Under the pieces are notes generated by a model, which saw only the letters and a program-made list of their open reading frames with translations, was not told the DNA's origin and made no database searches. Positions 58,078 through 64,000 of a DNA stretch of 64,000 nucleotides are shown here, piece by piece (the first letter of the stretch is position 1; each line of letters opens with the position of its first letter). The stretch lies in IMG/VR virus record IMGVR_UViG_3300008113_000017; one strand, written 5' to 3'. This stretch comes from an uncultured virus (IMG/VR IMGVR_UViG_3300008113_000017) (lineage: Duplodnaviria; Heunggongvirae; Uroviricota; Caudoviricetes). The translations under genes were made by a program, and so were the position numbers.

Positions 58078-58783
58078 ATGAAACTATTCGGAAATGTGAT
58101 TCTTCGTGTACTTGCTACGTTTGTAGCCTCTGCACTAGGAGTTATCGGTGCCGGTTCTGTAGCAGGATCCGTCAGCGGCGTTGAGATTCCCATCTGGTTT
58201 AGCGCAATCATGGGTGGAATCATGGCTGTCGCTAAGGTCGTTGAACTTCTTTCATTGGCATTCCTAGAAGATGGAAAGCTAACCAAAGATGAAATCAACG
58301 CTGCTTTCCGCCAGACCACCAAACTAAAAGACACAGACGAAGTAATCCCAACTAAGAAGAAAGAAAAAGAATAATGAGAGACAAACTCATGTTAATCATC
58401 ACCCTAGGCATACTTGTCTTTATCGGCATAGTTGTAATTGGTGAATATGTAGCAATGCTAACTGCCCAGCAGGTAACTGGTGAAGCAGTAGCAACAAACC
58501 CAGAAGCAATCGCTCTGGTACAAAACGCACTCGTTGGGCTCATTGGAATCATTGGTGGGTACTTCGCTGGCAAGAAAGAGGATAAATAATGAAGAAGGTA
58601 ACTAAGTTCCTCGGCGAACTATTCAAGGACCTACTCGACCAAGCTTGGACTCTACTAGGTCTAGCTCTTGGTTGGGTGCTTCTAGAAGGTTCTGCAAGAG
58701 AAATCGTTGGTAAATTGATCGGAATTACACTTCTAATCTGGATACTGACATTCCCTATTCGTCGTGAAAAAGACGACGAGTAA
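58078..58783 (+). CDS. Three coupled small membrane proteins, holin candidates (58078..58374, 58374..58589, 58589..58783)
   Basis: Two TM helices each with charged tails; TAATG coupling; upstream of the M23 peptidase. Confidence 0.6.
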
Positions 58784-58997
58784 TGTTTAAATATCTTAAA
58801 TATTACTTTGAGCCTACTCACAAAGAAATGATAGAGTTGGCACTTCAAAGCTGGCGTCTTTATATTCAAGGTAGACCTCGTATTTACAATATGGACGTCT
58901 GCCGAGCATACCAACGAGGCTTCATTTCAAGCTATAGATCTAGGTATGCTAGAGAAAAGCTAGAATCACTAAAGTCATAGGGCGGTAAAATTAACCC

Positions 58998-60554
58998 ATG
59001 ACTGGAAACTTAGTACCCGAAGAGCAGGACCTGGCTGCCGCCCTGGTTGAGATTGCTAACAAATATGGCAAGTTCAACGAGGATGAAACAGGTATCTGGG
59101 CTGATTATCACGGCCCTGAGGATAACCCCTACGCTCCAATGGGTGTCAAGTGTGGCAACTGCGTCTTATACAAAGGTGGCACGGAGTGTGCGATCATTGC
59201 GTTCGAAGTCCATCCGGAAGGATACTGCAGGTTTGCGGTTCTTCCTGATGGCGCAGTTGACCCGTCAAAAGCTCCAGCTGGTGTAGACACTGACGTCTCT
59301 ACCAACGAATACTTCTCTAAACCACCTAGTCAACTAGATGACTACATCAAGACAATTACGTCTTTAAACGACCCAGATACGGTTCAAGATCTTTACATAA
59401 GCAACCTGATTCCAACTCAACGTACCGTCAACTTAAAACGAGCTAAAGAAGTAGCAATGTCCAACAAACCAATTAAGGTCTGGGCGTCACCTGCTGGCAT
59501 GAAGATCGTTGACGGCCACCACAGAGCAGTATCAAATATGCTTCGTGGAAACAAGCAGATTTCAGCTGAGGTTTACTACCCATCAGATTCTCCTGTTAGA
59601 GCATCATTAGTTTCAATCAAACCAGAAGACCTGGAACTTGCTAATGATGGCCCTTGCTGGGAAGGTTACAAGCAAGTTGGTATGAAAGAAAAAGATGGCA
59701 AGATGGTACCAAACTGCGTACCAGCAGACGAAGCAGCCGCCCTACTTTCAACAGCCGGGTCTAAACCAGCCCCTAAGAAAGATCAGATTAAAGGTTCTGA
59801 CAAAAACAAGAAGGGCTCAGCTGCCACAGGAAAAGGCGTAGAGTTTACTGACTCAATTATCAAAGCCCTAGAAAAGAAAGTTTCTGACCACAACGAGAAA
59901 GCTCCAAACGGTCGTAAAGTCACCCTAGGAAAACTTAAGGCTGTTTATCGTCGCGGAGCTGGTGCTTTCTCTTCTTCCCACCGACCAGACCAGAACCGAA
60001 ACTCATGGGCCATGGCTCGCGTCAACGCATTCTTGAAACTTGTAAAGTCCGGTAAACCTAACAACCCTAAGTACACCACTGACAACGATCTACTTCCAAA
60101 GATGCACCCAAGACATTCTGAAGCTGCAACTTTGAATCCACTACTTGCTTCTCTTGTAGCTGCGTTAAATGATGACTCATGTCCACCAGCAACTCAGGAT
60201 ATCGCGATCAATCTACAGAACCGCGAGAAAGCAATTGAAACAGCCGGTTATGGCCCACTCAACCCTAAAGAACCTAACGAAGAGTTCTGGGCCGAGAAAG
60301 CAAAACGTTGGTCTGTAGATGTTACAGAAGCAAAAAAGAGTGTGTGCGGAAACTGCGTAATGTTTATTCGTACACCAGAGATGTTGGACTGTATCGAAGG
60401 CGGAATTTCTGCTGGCGATTCTGGTCAGCAAAACGCATGGGATGCTATTGACACAGCAGAACTAGGTTATTGCGAAGCATTTGATTTCAAATGTGCCGCT
60501 TCTAGAACCTGTTCTGCGTGGGTTGTTGGCGGACCTATCACAGAAGAAAAATAA
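58998..60554 (+). CDS. Multidomain protein: Cys-rich HiPIP-like domain, ParB-like domain, PCWEGY motif, VYRRGA...DLLPxxHP domain, second Cys-rich domain
   Basis: KCGNCVLY...GYC; IVDGHHR; PCWEGYKQVGMKEKDGKMVPNCVP; LKAVYRRGAGAFSSSHRP...WAMARVNAFL; CGNC...GYCEAFDFKCAASRTC. Confidence 0.75.
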   Translation: MTGNLVPEEQDLAAALVEIANKYGKFNEDETGIWADYHGPEDNPYAPMGVKCGNCVLYKGGTECAIIAFEVHPEGYCRFAVLPDGAVDPSKAPAGVDTDVSTNEYFSKPPSQLDDYIKTITSLNDPDTVQDLYISNLIPTQRTVNLKRAKEVAMSNKPIKVWASPAGMKIVDGHHRAVSNMLRGNKQISAEVYYPSDSPVRASLVSIKPEDLELANDGPCWEGYKQVGMKEKDGKMVPNCVPADEAAALLSTAGSKPAPKKDQIKGSDKNKKGSAATGKGVEFTDSIIKALEKKVSDHNEKAPNGRKVTLGKLKAVYRRGAGAFSSSHRPDQNRNSWAMARVNAFLKLVKSGKPNNPKYTTDNDLLPKMHPRHSEAATLNPLLASLVAALNDDSCPPATQDIAINLQNREKAIETAGYGPLNPKEPNEEFWAEKAKRWSVDVTEAKKSVCGNCVMFIRTPEMLDCIEGGISAGDSGQQNAWDAIDTAELGYCEAFDFKCAASRTCSAWVVGGPITEEK

Positions 60555-60575
60555 CTAACTAATTAAGGAAAATAA

Positions 60576-61067
60576 ATGCCTGAAGCAATTTATGTAGAGC
60601 CTTTTCCAAAGGCAAAGCGTGGAGACGAGTTTAAGAACTTTGCCTCCTACAGAACCAACCCACACCGTGGCGTTGACTGGTCAGTCCCTGGTGGTAGCAA
60701 GATCAAAGCTATTACTGGTGGAACCGTTATGGAAGTTGGCGAGACTAAGGTTTTAGGTAACTACCTAATTCAGTCTACTTACGACGGCCATTTCATCTTG
60801 TACGCACACTTCCAGGTTCCATCAACCCTAAAGCAGGGCGACAAGGTTGAAGCTGGTAAGACCATCGTTGGTCTTGTTGGAACAACCGGAACCGCAAGTA
60901 CCGGAAATCACCTCCACGTTACCTATGGTGTTAAGAAGAACCTTATCACTGCAGGTCTGGAAGATCTCCGCGACTTGTTTGCAGTACTTGATGGAGCACC
61001 TAAGAAAGGTGTTGTTGCTAAAGCAGCAGCAGTTGTCAAGAAAGTTGTGCCAACCAAAAAGGCATAA
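60576..61067 (+). CDS. M23 family peptidase (endolysin candidate)
   Basis: HRGVD, YAHF, STGNHLH motifs; AAGGA RBS. Confidence 0.9.
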   Translation: MPEAIYVEPFPKAKRGDEFKNFASYRTNPHRGVDWSVPGGSKIKAITGGTVMEVGETKVLGNYLIQSTYDGHFILYAHFQVPSTLKQGDKVEAGKTIVGLVGTTGTASTGNHLHVTYGVKKNLITAGLEDLRDLFAVLDGAPKKGVVAKAAAVVKKVVPTKKA

Positions 61068-61153
61068 AGAATTATTGGCTATAAAAGCGCATATAAATAA
61101 ACCATATAAGTAATAATTGCTAGGCGCAAAATAAGATCAGCCAATATAAAGAA

Positions 61154-61252
61154 TCCCCCCGCATTTAATGTCAGGGGGGATATCTTTTTAAAGGGGAGAC
61201 CCCCCGGTAAAACACCACAAACCGGGGGGCCTCGGGACAAGCTTGTTGTCCT
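61154..61252. terminator. Stacked hairpins between convergent genes
   Basis: TCCCCCC..GGGGGGA, CCCCCCGGT..ACCGGGGGG and GGACAA..TTGTCC. Confidence 0.7.
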
Positions 61253-61299
61253 TTAAGGTACCGAGTCGAAAGGAATAAAGCCCTCGATACACTTAAATT

Positions 61300-61638
61300 C
61301 TACAACGAATTTCTAGCATCGTTTAGAAAAGGATCGATGTCTTGTAAAAGACCTGGAAGGGGTTTAGCTCCTACAATAGTCTTTACCACTTCACCATTGA
61401 CGTATACCAATATAGTAGGGATAGAAAAAACATTAAAACGGCTAACCAAATTGGGTTGATCATCTGCATTCACCTTTACAACACTAAGAACGTCTACGTT
61501 CTCTTCTGCTAACTTTTCTAAAACGGGAAGCATCATCTTGCATGGGCCACACCAAGCTGCCCAGAAATCCACAAGAACAATGCCAGCACTGCCTACGACT
61601 GAGTCGTAGTCTTCAACGGTTAATTCTCTCAAAGCCAT
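61300..61638 (-). CDS. trxA: Thioredoxin
   Basis: VLVDFWAAWCGPCKMM, SIPT. Confidence 0.95.
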   Translation of the reverse strand: MALRELTVEDYDSVVGSAGIVLVDFWAAWCGPCKMMLPVLEKLAEENVDVLSVVKVNADDQPNLVSRFNVFSIPTILVYVNGEVVKTIVGAKPLPGLLQDIDPFLNDARNSL

Positions 61639-62144
61639 TATCGATCCTTAGTTTGACTACCAGCAGTCAAGCTCATCATAAGCAAAGATAGTACAACAAC
61701 AAACGGTTGTAAAATCCACCAGTTAACCCCAGTTCCAAAAGAAATAATTGTTGCAATGATCTGGTGATACACAAACCAGAACGTTAGAGAAACAAAAGCG
61801 TTTCTATTTACTTTAGCCATTTACATACACTTTCCGAGTGGGTCCCACTCATATTTTGATATTTGATAGTTTCGCACTTGTAGTGACCAGAGACATAGAT
61901 GTAGACAATTAAACCAGTCAATAGTCCTAAAGATATAAGTAGAAGCTTTAGATCTTTATTCATTTACGCCCTCACAATTTAAAATAGCTTCTTGTTCGGT
62001 TGTGTAGTTGTCCCAACAGTTATCTTTTTTCTGATCTTCTTTTAGCATCAGAAATCCATAGAAGCAGGTGATCATAAATACAACTGCTGCAATTACAATT
62101 CCAACTACGTGAGATCTTTTAATGTGTATTATCTTGTCAGTCAT
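61638..62144 (-). CDS. Small membrane proteins (61638..61820 and 61956..62144)
   Basis: Hydrophobic helices; GGAAAG/AGGAG RBS. Confidence 0.5.
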
Positions 62145-62219
62145 CGTCTTTCTCCTCATAAATATATAGGTTATCGTCTCCGTCTATAAAGTCTATTGAC
62201 TTGCAATCTTTTTGTCAAT

Positions 62220-62924
62220 TTATTTCTCTCGAAGTTCTGAAAAATCCTTAAGGACGTCGGCGTCAGCCAGTGCCCTATTGATCCAAACCTGGTCTTGGAT
62301 TCCAGGGCCCCACTCGTAAGACAAGTCTACTAGGACAAAGCCCAATTTACGCATAAGTTTAGCAACTTCGACATTACCTTTATGTTCAGTATGCGTAGCA
62401 GCTTTTTCAGTCTCTAAATGAAATATCTTTACGTTTTTGACCTGCAGCCCAAACCCAATAACACACTGGTACGTAAACCCTTCAATATCCACCTTAACGA
62501 CGTCGATCAACTTGTCCAATAGATTGAAGTTCTCTAACACAGCGTCCATTCTCTCAATAGGGACGTCGATGATAGTGTATTTGTCCTCAAAGATCTGCTC
62601 TCGTATAATCTTGTCAGCAAAGATCGAAGAGCAGCCGTCAAGGTTTTTATCTCCACTATTTACTTGGTAGAACCTAACTAGCTTTCCAGACGTATCTGAA
62701 ATGGCAGAATGAAGAACTCTAAAAGAGGGATACTTCTCAGCAGTCTTCTCAACTGCTATGGGATTAGCGTCTATAGCTAGAACCTTCTCCGCGGACAACT
62801 TTTCACGGAGAAACTCAGCGTCATCGCCATCCCTGGTTCCAATGTCAATAACAACTTTGGCGTCTTTATCTCCAAAGAACTTTCTATAGTTATCAACTAC
62901 CGGCTGAAGCCATACATTTTCCAT
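62220..62924 (-). CDS. FkbM family SAM-dependent methyltransferase
   Basis: VIDIGTRDG, AIDANP, VVKVDIEG. Confidence 0.85.
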   Translation of the reverse strand: MENVWLQPVVDNYRKFFGDKDAKVVIDIGTRDGDDAEFLREKLSAEKVLAIDANPIAVEKTAEKYPSFRVLHSAISDTSGKLVRFYQVNSGDKNLDGCSSIFADKIIREQIFEDKYTIIDVPIERMDAVLENFNLLDKLIDVVKVDIEGFTYQCVIGFGLQVKNVKIFHLETEKAATHTEHKGNVEVAKLMRKLGFVLVDLSYEWGPGIQDQVWINRALADADVLKDFSELREK

Positions 62925-63598
62925 TATCTGCGGTTTTCCTTTACATGCTCAATCATCTGCTCTTTAGATAAGTTCAGCTCTTTATAGCCCTTAAACCTAT
63001 CAGCGTTGTCATCTAGGTTAGTCTTATCCCGATCCTCGTGGAATAGAGAAGCAGCCACTCCATAAGATCTGTGGAAGTCAACCCCAAAAATAGCTTTGTG
63101 AGCCTCCTGCAAAGCCATGTCCTCAAACCCCCATCCTACAAATCGTTCGTCCCACCCGTTTAGGATCCCGAACGTCGACGAGCTCATAATAAAGATTCCG
63201 CCAACTTGGTTAGGCATAACCCTAGCTTTTTGCCTAATTGAGTGAATTGTCTCCCTACCAGCTATAAGTTCATCAGAATTAATCTGGCTTAGAAACATAA
63301 TATCCGTGTAGGGAATACTTACAACCTGGGTAGAGGCAGCCTTCTCAATTGACTTATTCAAAGGATATCGCTCAAGAAAGATATCAGCATCAGAAATAAC
63401 AAGGACGTCGCAGCCATCAGCTATGGCGTCTAGGCATCCTTTGTTCCTAGCACCCGAGACATTAAAGATCTCATCTTCTGTGTCTCCAAAGTAGACAGGG
63501 ACTCCAGGCAGCAGCTCAGAGTATTTGGCTAACGTCGCTTCACAGGCGTATAAGCGACTAGGCTGGGGTCTCCAAGGGATTACTAATCCAACGTTCAT
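62924..63598 (-). CDS. Glycosyltransferase family 2 / galactosyltransferase-like
   Basis: LVIPWR, ARNKG, ISDAD, GWDERFVGWGFED. Confidence 0.85.
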   Translation of the reverse strand: MNVGLVIPWRPQPSRLYACEATLAKYSELLPGVPVYFGDTEDEIFNVSGARNKGCLDAIADGCDVLVISDADIFLERYPLNKSIEKAASTQVVSIPYTDIMFLSQINSDELIAGRETIHSIRQKARVMPNQVGGIFIMSSSTFGILNGWDERFVGWGFEDMALQEAHKAIFGVDFHRSYGVAASLFHEDRDKTNLDDNADRFKGYKELNLSKEQMIEHVKENRR

Positions 63599-63708
63599 AT
63601 ATCAACTATAACCCATCAAATAGCCAGTTATATAATAATGTATCACTTTTGTACAGACCTATTTTTTAGCCCTGTATAAACTTAATCCTAAGTTTATACG
63701 CAAAAACT

Positions 63709-64000
63709 TCAGGAATTGCTTAGGGACCTAAAGGCTCCCCACAGATCTTCAATAGTTCCGTTATTGTGCACTACAGCATCAAACTCGTAATCAGCCAGGT
63801 CATGCTCAGAAGAATGGTTATTAGCTGGAGCTACTCCATCTCGTACAACCTTAAAGATGACTCCACCAAGCTTTCTAATCGACTCAGCTTCATTCTTGTA
63901 CCTGACATCGGAGAATACAATCTTCTCTCCAGGAAGAATTGAAGACAGGGCTAGTTTTACCCAGAAGTCTTGATCAAACATCTGACGACCAACTTCTGTT
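63709..64000 (-). CDS. Deoxynucleoside monophosphate kinase (T4 gp1-like), N-terminus outside window
   Basis: TEVGRQMFDQDFWV, VFSDVRYKNEA, HSSE, NNGTIEDL. Confidence 0.85.
   Translation of the reverse strand, partial: TEVGRQMFDQDFWVKLALSSILPGEKIVFSDVRYKNEAESIRKLGGVIFKVVRDGVAPANNHSSEHDLADYEFDAVVHNNGTIEDLWGAFRSLSNS

Overview
This window is 64 kb of a large tailed dsDNA phage that most likely infects an actinobacterium (actinophage-type portal, a ClgR-like regulator, leaderless promoters, GAAAGGA ribosome-binding sites). It has five parts. (1) 1-16.7 kb, minus strand: a head-associated module with portal, a Dps fusion and a giant modular protein punctuated by about 21 G-[FY]-x-Q-x-[PATE]-[GS] linkers. 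That protein appears to continue through a programmed -1 frameshift (C CCA AAA plus hairpin, 2532-2559) into a ParB-like domain and an ADP-ribosyltransferase domain that runs off the window edge. (2) 16.9-17.8 kb: non-coding AGCT and GATC tandem arrays. (3) 17.8-50 kb: the terminase large subunit, then dozens of small expression cassettes, each with promoter, RBS, gene or structured RNA, and terminator. The cassette genes I read are nearly free of GATC/AGCT/CCGG/GGCC, while the spacers between them are packed with those sites. At least 24 cassette promoters match the actinobacterial DNA-damage (RecA-NDp/PafBC-type) motif TGTCnn-N10-TAnnnT. (4) 50-55 kb: a CHAP-like protein, a probable small terminase, a glycosyltransferase and a long inverted repeat at the strand switch. 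(5) 55-64 kb: membrane and lysis genes (M23 peptidase), thioredoxin, FkbM methyltransferase, GT2 and a partial dNMP kinase. All calls come from reading motifs by eye; no searches were run and counts are manual.
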